In this document: positions 20,235 to 64,000 of the stretch, one piece after another
How positions within the stretch are numbered: position 1 is the first letter of the stretch
Layout of the letters: each line of letters begins with the position of its first letter
Program-made: the position numbers and the translations under genes
The notes under the pieces: model-generated
What the model saw: only the letters and a program-made list of their open reading frames with translations
The model's database searches: none
Told to the model about the DNA's origin: nothing
Assembly: GCF_009914755.1 (NCBI RefSeq)
Contig: NC_060943.1
Length of the DNA: 64,000 bases
Origin: the human T2T-CHM13v2.0 reference genome, Homo sapiens
Strand: one strand, 5' to 3'

Positions 20235-22980
20235 CACTTAGATCCCCCAGCACACACAGAAAAACTTAAGAGCTCCAACATAGACCCCAGGCATATCTGC
20301 CCCTGCCCCCACCCACTCAACACTTCTGCACCCCTCCTCAGATCCCACCTGTCCAGGCCCTCCCAGAGTCCCCGACAGCTCCCCCAGCTCAAGCAGAGAT
20401 TCCAGAGACCATGAGGTGCCTGCCGCACCCCAGGAAGCCAACTTGCCCCTCCACCAAACCAGCGCCCACACTGGAGCCTTGGAGGGTGACAGGGCCCCAG
20501 AATCCCCCAGCACCTACCCCTGTGGGAACCTGCCCCAGGCCTCTGCCAAGTTATCCATCCTTCCCTGCTGTGCCCTTTCAAAGGGAAGGACGCTCACTTT
20601 CTCTCCTACACTAGTGTCCCGAAGGAACCACTGCCCGCCCCCTGATTTATGCCACCCCCTGGCGGGAAGGGAGAGGATTCACAGCTCCTGGCTTCCGTCC
20701 TGAAGTCTGCCCCCAGCCTCCTGACCCCATCACGCCTACTGGCCTCAAATGCCAGAGCCAGCAGGGCGGTCCAGGTTGCTCCTCAGAGCTGGCCCCTGAC
20801 AGCCCGAGAGTTCTTTCACCCACAACTAGTGTGTTTGGCCAAAACAAAACAGCTTCCTTCTATCTTGGCATTTGAGACCTGGGTCGGGGCCTGCCAGAAG
20901 CAGGCAGCTCTTTGTTAAGGAATATTTTCAGAAGGGAAAAATGTGCTGAAGAGGCTCGAGTGGAACATGAATGAGTTGTCTGCTTCGTTTTATTCCCCCT
21001 CGGCCGGGATGTGATTGAGCTAGAGGACCCGTGTCCCTGTGTCTTTCCGTCTTTTGTGGCTCTTCCCATCCATCCCGCCGCCCTCCCCACTCCCAGCTCT
21101 GGCCTCAGGGTCCAACCTGTAGGTTCCTCTGGGCTTCTGTGGTCAGCGGAGGGTGGTTTGGAAGGGATCGCAGGTGGCTTGGCCCTGGCACAGGGATGAG
21201 ACAAGACAGGAGAGGAGATGCTGGCGCGACACTGTGGCCAGGACTGCAGGGGGCGAGGAGCCGGGCCGGTCCAGTCCCGCGCAGCCTGGGCACTGTGCGT
21301 CTGGGGTCCTTCTGACAACATAACTGTGCTCAGAAACCCTGAGATAAAAGGCCCAGGCTTCCTTGTGGATATTCACTAGCGGATTGTGGACCATCCAGGA
21401 AAAAGCTCATTGCGGCTCAGTACCTCAACTTCCCCATCGGAAACTGGGGTGCGGGGAGAGCGGCTAAATTTTTAGAACAGAACTTGGAACTGCAGGAAGG
21501 CTAGGGTGTGGCCCTGTGTGTTCCCCCAGTGCCGTGTGGAAGGGGACAGCAAGGTCTCGGAGGGGAGTCCTATGGGCTCCTGTGAATCACTGGCCACCCA
21601 GGTCCCTGCGAGGGTCTTAGTTGACACTTCATTGAAAAGTGGCCATCTTCCTAGGGCTGAGCTGTATTGCAGGGAGCCAGCTCGAATCAGAGCTGGAAGA
21701 ATGGAGATGAGAGATGGTCTGCTGCAGGACTTGTGGTTATACACAGGGTCTTCCCAGGAGGACCACGGGGAACAGGGTGGGCATGAGGGGCTGTCGGATA
21801 GCCATGCTGAGGCCCCACATAGATCTCTGATGCCCCACATAGACCTCTGACACCGGGTAGGAAGAGGTTTGTTCTGTCCACTTGCTGAAGGAAGGCGTGG
21901 AGGAAAAGACTCCTGAAGGTCACGTGGTATCTCTCACGCACAGGAAACTAAACTCTACAGCCTCCCCAGGGTGGAATTTTGTGCAGAGACAGTGGGGTAT
22001 GAAGGCTTCCCAGGATGACTGTGAACTCTATAGGAAACCACGAGGAGGACTTGTCAGTGATACGAACGCAGTTTTACCCGAGACTGGGCTCGTGGAGCTG
22101 CATCTTTGTTTGAGCTTTGAGGGGGCAGACGGATGAGGAGGAATGTATATTTCAATTTCCTCTTGCAGAATAGAGATGCCAGTTGTTACAGGGAAGCCCT
22201 GGGCCTGGAGTCAGATGTTGGGGTGTGAAGGAATGTAAGATGTGTACAATGTGGTCCCTGCTCTGCGTCTAAAGTCCTCTCACTGGCATGCGGCGGCCCC
22301 CGCCATGTGCTCAGCACCATGCCAAGCACCATTGACATATTATCTCATTTAATCCTCCCCAAAACTCGGAGGAACCAGGATTGCAGCACGCGCCCTTGCC
22401 ATCCTGGCCTGAGGCCTGCTGCGGGGAGCATGAGACAGAATTATGTACAGCAGGCTGCAATGGGAGCCCGGAAAAAAAGCCTGATGCATCCCTGGGGTGT
22501 TGGGGAAGGCACAGCAGGGATGACGTATGGACCAGGTCACAGGCAGGCGTGGCAGGGAAGGGTGTTCCAGGCAGCAGAAGTGCTTGGACACACGCCCAAG
22601 AGGCAGGAGCAAGCGTGGTGCGCTCAGGGAGGCGTGTCCCTGTACTTCCTTTGATAGGCGTCTTACTACAAGCCCTTGTGTCCCCAGTGCCATCTGTACA
22701 CTTGGCACACATGGTGGGGGGCTCCCCAGCAAAGGGGATCCCTAGTTGGGAGAACTTGGAAAGGCAGCAAAGCCGCCCTTCCCAGGGAAGACTGCAGCAC
22801 ACACATGCTAGCAGCCCGGGCAATAGAAGGAAGGAGGTGAGTTTAGGAGAACTAACTCAGCTCATCAGGGTCAGGGAGAACTAACTCAATTCATCAGGGT
22901 TAGGGAAGAGACTTACCCTTTTGAGGGAGATTTGGAAGGCCTCATTGGCATGACTCACCTGCACTTTCATTCATTTCTCA

Positions 22981-30000
<7,020 letters not shown>

Positions 30001-30953
30001 TTTACTGCAAGCATTTATCTCAATCTGTGAAGGAGGGTCTGGGTGATTGTTTCTTGGTCTCTGCCCCGGACACTCCAAGAGGGCACAGGTGATTCCTGCC
30101 TCTGCGGGGGAAACACAGAACATGGAATGGTGGGTGGGCTGGGGGCTGATGGAGCTGTTCTGGCAACTTGGGCAACTTTGGCCAGTTCTTGAGAGAAACG
30201 AAAAGCTGGTGACATACATTTGGTCATTTAAGCCCCAAGAATGAGATCCCCAAGGGCATCAAGATCAAGGCCAAGGAGGGACCCAGGGAGGAAGAGATGC
30301 CACGTGGGAGAATGAGAAGTCCCGGCCAGAGAGGCAGGAAGGAAGCCAGGAGCCCAGTCCTCATCAGCCAGGTGGGAGGGGGCTTAGGGAAGGAGGAAGC
30401 ATGCGCGGCAGTGCCCCCGAGAGGGAAAGCCAAACGGAAGTCGAAGATGACCAGCATTCCAGCACTTTCCGTCCCCACGCCCCCCACAACCCCCAAACAC
30501 AGCCCCTTTCCAGTGCTCTGGCCTGGCTCAGCTTCCTAAGCTGTAGGTGGCCCTGTGGAGGTGTGGCTTGAGTGGGTGCTGGCAGGGGCAGGGTCCAGGA
30601 CCCCCCTTCAGATGGCTGAGGAGCAGTTGAGGGTGAAGCATTGAAATTAAGGACACGGAGAGGCTGGGACCCCAGACCCAGAGGCCAGTGGGTGGGTTGC
30701 CAAGGCCTGTGCCCATCCAGCATAGGGAGATGGAGATGGGGCCTCCCCTGCCTCGCTCCCTACCATGTCTCCTGCCTAGACAGTGGCCGGCCCTCAGGTG
30801 GCCCTCAGTCAGCACCAGGAAGGAGTGATTGAGCCAGTGAGGGTCATGGCACAGTGGGAGGGGTGCAGGGTCGCCCACAGAATCAGGACAGCAGCCCACC
30901 TCCACCCCAAACCTGCTCTGTTCCCAGGGGGTGAGCGCTGCTCGGTGCAGGAA

Positions 30954-32800
30954 GTGTGTGAGCGCGTGTGTGTAGATGGGTGGGAATGAATGTGTGTGTG
31001 CCTGAGTGCGGGTGCAAGAGTGTGTGTCAATGGGTATGTTTTGTGTTGAGAAGTGTGAAAGAGTATGTGTGTATGCCTGAGTGTGTGAATGTATGTCATG
31101 TGCATGTGTATGAGGTGTGTACTGTGTGTGTGAATGTGCATGGGTGTGTGTGTTGTGTGTGCATGTATATGTGTGTGTGTGAATATGCATAGGTGTGTGT
31201 GCATCAAGTGTGTGCATGTGTACATGTGTATGAATGTGCATGGGTATGTATCCAGTGTGTGCGTGTGTGAGAATGTATGAATGTATGTATCAAGTGTGTG
31301 CATGTGTGTGTGAATGTGTATCAAGTGCGTGCATGTGTGTGCATGTCTGTGAGAATGTGAGTGTGTGTGTATCAAGTGTGTGCATGTGTGTGCATGTCTG
31401 TGAGAATGTGTGAATGTGTGTGTATCAAGTGTGTGCATGTGTGTGGGGATGTGTGAAAGTGTGTGTATCAAGTGTGTGCATGTCTGTGAATTGGGGTGTA
31501 TCAAGTGTGTGTATGTGTGTGAATTGTGTGTGTGCATGTATCAAGCGTGTGTGAATGTGCATGGGTGTGTATCAAGTGTGTGCGTGTGTGAAAATATGTG
31601 AATGTGGGTGTTTATGTATCAAGTGTGTGCATGGATGTGTGTGCAAATTGTGTATCAAGTGTGTGGATGTGCACGAGTATGTGTGTATTGTGTGCATGTG
31701 TGTGAAGGTACTGGGTGTGTGTGTATATGAGTGTGCGTGCACAAATATGCATAAGCATGTGTATATCGAGTGTGCACATGTGTGTGTGAAGGTATATAGG
31801 TGTGTGTATCTGAGTGTGTCCATGTGTATGTGTGAATGTGCATGGGTATGTGTGTATTGAGTGTGTGCATGTGTGTGTGAAGGTACCGGGTGTGCGTGTA
31901 TCCGAATGTGTGCATATGTGTAAACGTGTGACTATGGATGAGCACGTGTGTTGAGTGTGTGCATGTGTGTATAGGTGTGTGAGCGTGTGTGTGAGAGAAT
32001 AGGCATGGCTGTGTGTCGAGTATGTGCATGTGTGTGTATAGGTGTGTGAGTGTGTGAGAATAGGCATGGGTGTGTGTGTCATGTGCATGTGTGTGTATAG
32101 GTGTGTGAGCGAATAGGCATGGGTGTGTGTGTTGAGTATGTGCATGTGTGTGTATAGGGGTGTGTGTGTGAGAATAAGCATGGGTGTGTGTCGAGTGTGT
32201 GCATGTGTGTATAGGTGTGTGTGAGAATAGGCATGGGTGTGTGTGTCATGTGTGCATGTGTGTGAGAGAATAGGCATGGGTGTGTTGAGTGTGCATGTGT
32301 GTGTATAGGTGTGTGAGTGTGAGAATAGGCATGGGTGTGTCGAGTGTGTGCATAGGTGTGTGAGTGTGAGAATAGGCATGGGTGTGTCGAGAGTGTGTGT
32401 GTATGGGTGTGTGAGTGTGTGTGAGAATAGGCATGGGTGTGTCAAGTGTGCATGTGTATAGGTGTATGAGTGTGTGTGAGAATAGGCATGGGTGTGTCGA
32501 GTGTGTGCATGTGTGTATAGGTATGTGAGTGTGAGAATAGGCATGGGTGTGTGTCAAGTGTGTGTGTATAGGTGTGTGTGAATAGGCATGAGGGTGTGTG
32601 TCGAGTGTGTGCATGTGTGTGTATAGGTGTATGAGTGTGTGTGTGTGAGAATAGGCATGGGTGTGTGTATCCAAGTGTTTGCATGTGTATGTGTGAGAGT
32701 TTGTATGTGAGTGGGGGTGGGTGTGAATGTGTGTACATGCGTGAGGGAGTGGGGTGGCTGTGAAGAGTGTGAGAGTGCATGTGTGTTGTGCGTGCACACA
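30954..32800 (+). repeat. 1.85-kb degenerate TG-rich tandem array
   Basis: TG runs with recurring TATCAAGTGTGTGCATG and GAGAATAGGCATGGGTGTGT units. Confidence 0.95.
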
Positions 32801-33029
32801 CGCTTCAGGAGGATGGTTTCCACTGAGAGAGTCTGGGGATGAGTGGAGAGAAAGTTCCGGTGGGATCAGAAGGTTCCTGCCTCTCAGACTGCAAGTTTCA
32901 GCCCTGTGTATTTAATACATTTCACTTCCTGTATGAAATACACACACATTCGTGATAAATAGCTGAACAACCTCTGCTGGTGGACGGCTCCCGGGTTTGG
33001 GGGATTTTTAAAATCAGAAACTGAGGCTC

Positions 33030-33325
33030 GGCTGGGCGCGGTGGCTCACATCTGTAATCCCAGCACTTTGGGAGGCCGAGGCAGATGGATTCCGAGGTCA
33101 GGAGTTCGAGACCAGCCTGACCAACATGGTGAAACCCCGTCTCTACTAAAAATACAAAAATTAGCTGGGCGTGGTGGCACGCACCTGTAATCAAGCAGGA
33201 GAATCGCGTGAACCCGGGAGGTAGAGGTTGCAGTGAGCCAAGATTACGCCATTGCACTCCAGCCTGGGCAACAGAGCGAGACTCCGTCTCAAAAAAAAAA
33301 AAAAAAAAAGAAAGAAAGAAAAGAA
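33030..33325 (+). mobile_element. AluS
   Basis: Alu consensus. Confidence 0.9.
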
Positions 33326-35501
33326 ACCGAGGCTCGGGCAGAGATTGGGTGGGGCTGATGCCCTGAGCTTGGGTTTCTTTGGTTCTGAAGCTCTCACTGC
33401 TCCCCAACTCCATCTGTGGTTCTGAGGCTCCAGCCTCACCTCCACCACCTCCTCCCCATTCTCCCAGCTCTGAAGCTACCCTCCCAGCCCCTCCCTGCCC
33501 AGAGAGGTCCTTCTGATCAGCACTTCTTGTCCACAGCCCCCGTCTCTGTCCGGGCAGACTTTGACTCTGTGGGAGGCCCCAAAGTGGCCCCCACTGTCCC
33601 TGCCTCGGGAATGATTAACTCCTGATTAGGTGGTGCCCAGCAGCTTGGTCTTTAGGGCAGGTGGCCCTGGCCCACTTGGCAATGAGAGTTCCTTCCACTC
33701 CCCAAAATCCAAAACCCTCAGCACCCGGCAGACTAGGGGAACGCTTGAGGGCCCAAGGTAGAACCAGTAGCCTTGGGGAGCCACAGAGGCCTGGAGAAAG
33801 AGGGTTCTGGGTCCCCATACAGTGAAAAAAGAATGGCGCACCTCCCCCAACCCTATTCCAGGAGGACTGGGGTGGCCAGGGTCAAGTCCATCCAACCTGT
33901 AGGCCCTCAGGGGTTGGTTGGGGGCTGAGTTTGGGCTGTGGGAAGGTGCCCAGTGACCCAACGGTAGTCAGGCAGGTATAGAGTGGTCTGCTATGGTCCC
34001 GCCAATGTCCCCCTGCTGCCTGGGGATCCAGATATCCCCACTCCAAGGACCCAGCGAGGCCCTCTCTGTAGGTGGAGCTGTCAGCCAGGTCAGGTGGGGT
34101 CAAGTGGCACACGGCAGACTCCTGCTACAGAGCGTGCCGGGCAGTGGGCGGGCATGAGGAGCCGTGCAAATAAGGAGGCAGGAGGCAGGGTTTCCTTCCT
34201 GCCATCAGGACCCTAGGTATCCCCATCTTCTCAGACGCTGGAGGTGAGCCTGGGCTCACCAGGAAGAAGCATGAAGGAACACCATCCCCAGCCGCTGCCT
34301 CCACTCCCATAGCCGTCCCTTTCCTCTAGGGCCCCCTGCTAGGGGTCCCCTGGCCATCAGTCCCCACACAGGCCACAGCAGAACCCAGGAGCCCTGGCTC
34401 CAGGATGGACAGTGATAGCCGATGTCCGTGGGGCCATCACTGAGTGTCAGGCTCTGTTCTGACCAGGTTATGTGCAGTCATGTGCTCAGTTTCCACAGCC
34501 ACCCTTGAGGCTAGGTCCTGTATGATCTCAGTGTACGGAGGCTCAGAGACACCAAGTGACTGGCCCAAGGTCACACAGCTGGTTGAGGGGAGCCATGCTT
34601 CAGACGCAGATCCATTTGAGCCCAGTACCTTTGTTTTTGACATGGCATTGATCTGCCTCCACCAGGGTGGCAGAAGGCGAGAGGCCAGTGTCCTTGAAGC
34701 CCCCAGAAGGGTCGGGCCAGATGACACGGCAAAAAGATAGGAGAGATGTGCCTGGGACTCACCTGGCACGTGGCAGGCCAAGATCTGGATACGGATCGGA
34801 GCCCACAGCTCTGGCTCTGTGTCTGCCAGGGCACAGATTCCCAGCACTCTGCCACGTCCCTGGCTTCTCAACCCAAGGGGAGTCGACTCTTCTGGCCATT
34901 GGCAGCGCCAGACAATTAACAGTCGAAAGTAATTGCTCTTGGCCGTGCCAGCAGCCCACTTTGGTTGATGAGATGGGGAAGTCAGACACTGATATGGGGC
35001 TCCCAGGGCAGGCCGTGGCGGGGACGGGGACAAAGCTATTAGGAAGGGCCAGAAAAGCAGGGGGCTCCTGCACCCCGAGGTCCCAGCAGGGTCCATGGAG
35101 CCCCGAGTGACAGGGAGCCTCTGCTCCGGGCCCTGCTCCAGCCTCAGGGGTGTCGAGTTGAGCCTTGGCCTTCATGCCCAGGGACAGCAGGACGGCTCAC
35201 ATCCTGGCAACAGTCCTCCCATCTCCATCCAGACATCCGGCCTGATGACACAGGCAGGGATCCCAATCGCCAGGGTCTCGAACAGAAGGGGCAGCATGGC
35301 TGTCAGCTGGGCTGGGGCGCATGGGGATGAGGGGTGCACGGACGGGGGTGGACCAGAGGCAGGAAGCCCAGGGTGAGGAAATGTCCCGAGGGTGGGCAGG
35401 CAGGATGGAGTGGGCTCCCACCCAATGCCGACCACGCATGTCTCTGGCCCCCAGACAGAGCTGTGAACCAACCCCGCTCACGGCTAACAAGCCCACCCAC
35501 C

Positions 35502-52659
<17,158 letters not shown>

Positions 52660-53910
52660 GGCCATGCCCAGCGCGCCCGGAGTCAGGAGGCCGCAGCCGC
52701 GGGGGGCGCCCGGGCAGTCCGCGTTCTGCTCCCCACCTGCCGCACTTGACAAACTACGCGCCCTCTGTGGCTCGGCCACCCCTAAAGCGAGGCCCGGCGA
52801 GGCAGCGCAGAGGGTAGGGTCCGACCTGGGCTCCTCAGGGCCCCGGGGCAGGCTCTCTCTCCCCAGCAGTGTTTACCCATCTTGGTCTGTACCCCTCCGG
52901 GCCCTCTGGCGTTCCAGGGGTGCCTGGAGGGGCTGACTGCTCTCTTAACAGGAGGGCAGAGGGCAGGGGACAGACGACCCAGAGGTCCCAGCACTGAATG
53001 AGCAGGCAGCTCCCACCTCCTGGCAGGCTTCCTTCTGGGACAGGGGCGACATTGCTGGGAAGTGCTCAGGAGGTAGCCGAGGCCTGAGGAAGGAGAGCGC
53101 CAGCTCTGGGCTGGACATCAGCACCCCACAACACTCCTCGGGATGAAGTGACCCTTGACTAGCCCCTGGCCATCTCTAGGGGAGTCAGGCCGCTGGGGAC
53201 AGATGGCCAGGCCGGCCTCTCCTGCCTGGCGCAGGCACCGTGGCCCCTGCAGCGGAAACCAAAGTCCCCCTACTATGTGCGGGGCGCCTGGGGACTGAGT
53301 GGCTAACGGGAAGCCTCCCTGCTTCTCTGGGGCCAGAGCAGCTTCCAGGAAGTGAAGAGACCCCTCTCCCCAGTGCCCCACATCTTTCTCTGGGAGACAC
53401 TCGCGCCCCCTATCCTGGCCAGTGATGGAGGGGTATCTCTACAGGGGTCCTCGGTCTCCATCTACTTCCCTTTCTTCATGTGTTTCCAGCCCCACCCTCA
53501 GCCAGAGCCAGGCCCCCAGGCAGGAGCTTCCCAGCGAGCGGCCTCCCCTCACTTCCTCCTGGTGGTCCCGTTGTCTCTGCTGAATCAGAGCTGAGAACGG
53601 TGCCAAAATCCAACGATGCCCCCCAGGCCCCTTCCTCCCTTCCCCCGGCCCCCCGGGCCTCATGACCCTGGGGGCTGCCCCCCTCGGTGCTCCCGGAGCC
53701 TCCAGTAGAGTAGCGTCACAAGCAATCTCCCTGGCGCTTCCTGGGTGGGGACCCCTGCTCCGTCCCCGCTTCCTAGCTGCCCACTTTTCAGTGTTACGAA
53801 GCCTGGGGACCGGGGCAGGCACCCACGGGGCTCTCCACACGCCCCCTACACTGCCCGCCACCATTTTGCACACTGCCTGTTCACATGTCGCCCAGGCGGG
53901 AAAAATGGAA

Positions 53911-53916
53911 AATAAA
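53911..53916 (+). terminator. EVI5L polyadenylation signal (3' UTR 52660 to about 53935)
   Basis: First AATAAA seen after the stop codon. Confidence 0.85.
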
Positions 53917-54765
53917 GTGTATTTACACAGTCACGGACTGGCCTGCGGGCTGGGAGGAGAATCACAAGCAGCGGTGGGTGCCCAGCCCAGGGACCAAAAA
54001 CCGTGCTGAGGGAAGGTGGGGCTGTCCTTGCCCTTAGGAGCTCCCCACAGTCTCATAGAATGGGGGTGGGAGAGGATAGAAGGGCATTCAGTTTGGGGGC
54101 AGGGCATGATTTCCCACCTGGGTGAATCAACTTGGGCCTCCCCTGAAGGAGAGAGGCATGCCGAATCGCTGGGCTTCAGGAAGCACAGGACCCGGTTGCA
54201 TTCATTCTGCTCACGCCTCCAGGGGTAATGTGGGGTACTCTGCCCTGTGCCTGGCTCTGAGGGGGTCTCCAGTGGAGCAGAGGAGACAGGCACTGGGCAG
54301 GGGGAAGCCTGCACTAATGTGGTAGGTGCTCAATAGACAAATGTGCAGGGAGATCAGGGAAGGCTTCCTGGGGGAGGTGGTGTCAGGGCCTCTTCGAGGG
54401 GTAAAAGCATAAAGATCAGACCAACAGGAGGCATACCATACCTAGGAAGGAAGAACAGGAAAGCCTGGGCGTGGTCAGACTAAGAAGGGACTGCTTACGT
54501 CAGGTGAGGGAGTTTGGGCTTTGAACTGGGGGCCATTGGGAGCCCATGGAGGGCTTAGGTAAGAGAGCCCCATCAGATGGACCACAGAGTCTGTGAGGGG
54601 GCCAGTGCAGGGAGGACAGTGAGTAGGGGGCAGAAATAGTCCTTTGTGGGGTTCCCCACAGAGCTGAGGCAGAGTCCCAGCTGCTGGGTGGCGGTGGGTG
54701 GCGGGGTGGAGGACAGAGCCAGGAGTGGCAAAGCAAAGCTTCCTAGAGGAACTCAAGGCAGTCGA

Positions 54766-55465
<700 letters not shown>

Positions 55466-56704
55466 CTAGAGGCAGAAACATAATTGGGTTCAGGCAGATG
55501 CTAGCCAGGACCTGCCCTCTGCACCCAGTGTGGGTCCACAAAGTGCTCCCTACCCCCATGCCTCACAGCCAAGCAAAGGACATGACACTGCTTGTGTACT
55601 GAGACAGCCAAGTCCCATGTACTGTCGTATCACATGCCACAGCTCTCCTGGCCACACATGGTGCAGATGTAACCCTGGGGACCCTCACAGTCACTGTCCG
55701 TGCCTCCTGCTTCCATGGTAATTCCACCCCCGCTGGCTGCCCAGGTCAGGGCAGGACCGCAGAGGAATTGTCTGAGGTTCTGCCCTGTCCTTCCCGGCAG
55801 CTGGCCTTGAGCCCCAGCTCCCCAGCATGTCAGGAGTCGGCCTTGGGCTTGTCCCAGAGTCTGGAAACAAAGACACCCAGGTCCCCAACCCCACCAGGGC
55901 CCAGCTTGAGAGGACACCTCTATGGTTTGCCACAAAACTCTGACCGAAGGACTGTGCTGGCGTCCTCCTCCTCCACCTCCCAGGGGTGCAGGTGGCAGTG
56001 CCCCTCCAGGCCAGAGCCCATTTCTCCTCAGACCCCAGGCTAGGAGGTGCCTTGTCTGGGATGGGGACAGGCAGGACTTGCTGGTCTGTGACTGACAGGA
56101 ACCTGGTCACAGGATGGTGTGAGGGTACTGGGTCCAGGGGCAGAGGCAGGGCTGAGGGCCCAAGGCCAGATCCTACTCTGTCTTCTTACCCACTTGGGGA
56201 TGTCACCATCATTCTTGGTGCCATGCAGGAGACCCGGGGGAGGAAAGGCCTAGCAGGGGAGCTCTCTGCAGGGGCACTGGGAACAGGGAGAGACTGGCTA
56301 GGGTTTGAGAGGCTCCAGAGCTGGGGGTTAGGGTTAGGGTTCATTGGGGGAGGAAGGGCAGGAAACTCTGATTGGAGGGGGCCTGTGAAGATGTTTGGGA
56401 ATCTGATAAGGACGCCTGAGGAAGGGGTTAGGGCAAGGATGCCATGGGGGTGGGATGCACCAAGTGGCACTTGTGTAAGGACACTTGGAGACAGGGTGCA
56501 GTGTGAGGACTCCCCCATCTCCCACCTAGACCTGGGAGAGGCCACTTCTTCCTGCAATCCCCTACCAGGGCAGTTGGCCCGGGACCCTGCACCAGCCGAA
56601 GGGCCATGGGAAGGGGTCCCCCATCCTTGCCTCAGTGCCCTCCAATCTTCCCACCTGTTCCCCAGGAGTGCTAGTTCCCCGCATCGAGTTTGAAAAGTGT
56701 GTCA

Positions 56705-57340
<636 letters not shown>

Positions 57341-57695
57341 TCACCTCGGCCACGCACTGACTCATCCACTCGGGCGCACAGCCCCTGCCAGGCCCCTCCT
57401 GCACCGAACGTTTCCACCAGAAGTCGGATACCAAGAAGCCCAAGTTCACACACGTGGATGGGTGCGCGGCACCAGATGGCCGGGACTCGGCATGGCCCCG
57501 CCCTAGCCCCACCTGGCCTGCCCCTTCTCTCCCAGAAGAGGAAAACCGCACTTTATCCAGAGCTCCAACCGGTTCGAGCACAGCCGCCAGCAAGGCCTTA
57601 TCTGGCCTGGCCCCCCGCGCCGCTCAGCCTGCTGGAGGCCCCCAGCCCCAGTCCTCTCTGTGACAGCGAAGGTGTGCAAGTCCCAGTGTCCCAGT

Positions 57696-57701
57696 TTTAT
57701 T
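57696..57701 (-). terminator. PRR36 polyadenylation signal
   Basis: TTTATT on + (AATAAA on -), about 290 nt after the stop codon. Confidence 0.85.
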
Positions 57702-57988
57702 GCAAACTCAGGCTGTGCGGGGTGGGCAATACACTGCACACGGGGCGGGACTCGGGGAAACGGGGCGTGTCCTAGGCCAAAGGGGCGGAGCTCGAGGGGC
57801 GGGCCTAGGTCAAAGCTGTGGGTAGGTCCCGAGCCTCCGAGGCCAAAGGCTCAGGCTCTAGGGAGCTAAGACTAATCCACCCAGCGGGGCTCCAGGGCAG
57901 TGGAGGCGGGGTCTAAAACAAACGGCGTACCCGGAGGGGCGGATCCTAAGGCAGGGGTGGGGTGTAGCAGGCGGGGCTGTGGTCTGGC

Positions 57989-63830
<5,842 letters not shown>

Positions 63831-64000
63831 CCGAAGGTGTTCCCCAGACGCCAGGAAACCCCTTATCTGGTTGGGGGGTCGAGGGACTGCTAAGAGAATG
63901 CTGCCCTGGGAATTTCAGGATGCAAGGTAGACCCCAGATTTTGGGGAAGATAAAGAAAGGAATAGGAGGGAGAGCGACAGGAGACACAGTATATTCTGTG

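Noticed and set aside
30954-32800. CRISPR-like repeat-spacer appearance
   Set aside because: The spacers are degenerate TG repeats rather than unique sequence; no cas genes; human intron.
30528-32823. His/Thr-rich and Cys/Val-rich ORFs
   Set aside because: Translations of the TG/CA array.

Overview
Human genomic DNA, very Alu-rich. The gene content matches the EVI5L-PRR36 locus (19p13.2, recognised from the protein sequences). EVI5L is complete on the + strand: a CpG-island promoter, non-coding exon 1 (about 19.2-19.3 kb) and 19 coding exons (35502-52659). By hand these splice with GT-AG boundaries to exactly 2418 nt, i.e. an 805-aa TBC/RabGAP plus coiled-coil protein (794 aa without the 33-nt cassette exon). 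PRR36 is complete and convergent on the - strand: 5 coding exons (62645-57989) summing to 4041 nt, i.e. 1346 aa with a proline-rich repeat body and a DUF4596-like C-terminus. The first 18 kb is intergenic. It holds an EXOSC3 processed pseudogene nested inside an Alu, LTR and L1 fragments, and dense Alu clusters. I see no prokaryote-type system (CRISPR, operon, IS element) and cannot claim a wholly new biological system. The best leads are regulatory: (1) a candidate alternative last exon with poly(A) signal and a nearby CTCF motif in EVI5L intron 10, giving a GAP-only isoform; (2) a tandem acceptor that could switch a short uORF into an overlapping uORF; (3) an RBFOX/PTB-type 33-nt exon with an upstream decoy acceptor; (4) a 1.85-kb UG/UGCAUG array in intron 1; (5) exon-coincident repeats in the coiled coil; (6) a non-canonical first exon preserved in the EXOSC3 retrocopy; (7) two templated-insertion scars. 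Repeat subfamily names and boundaries are by-eye estimates.
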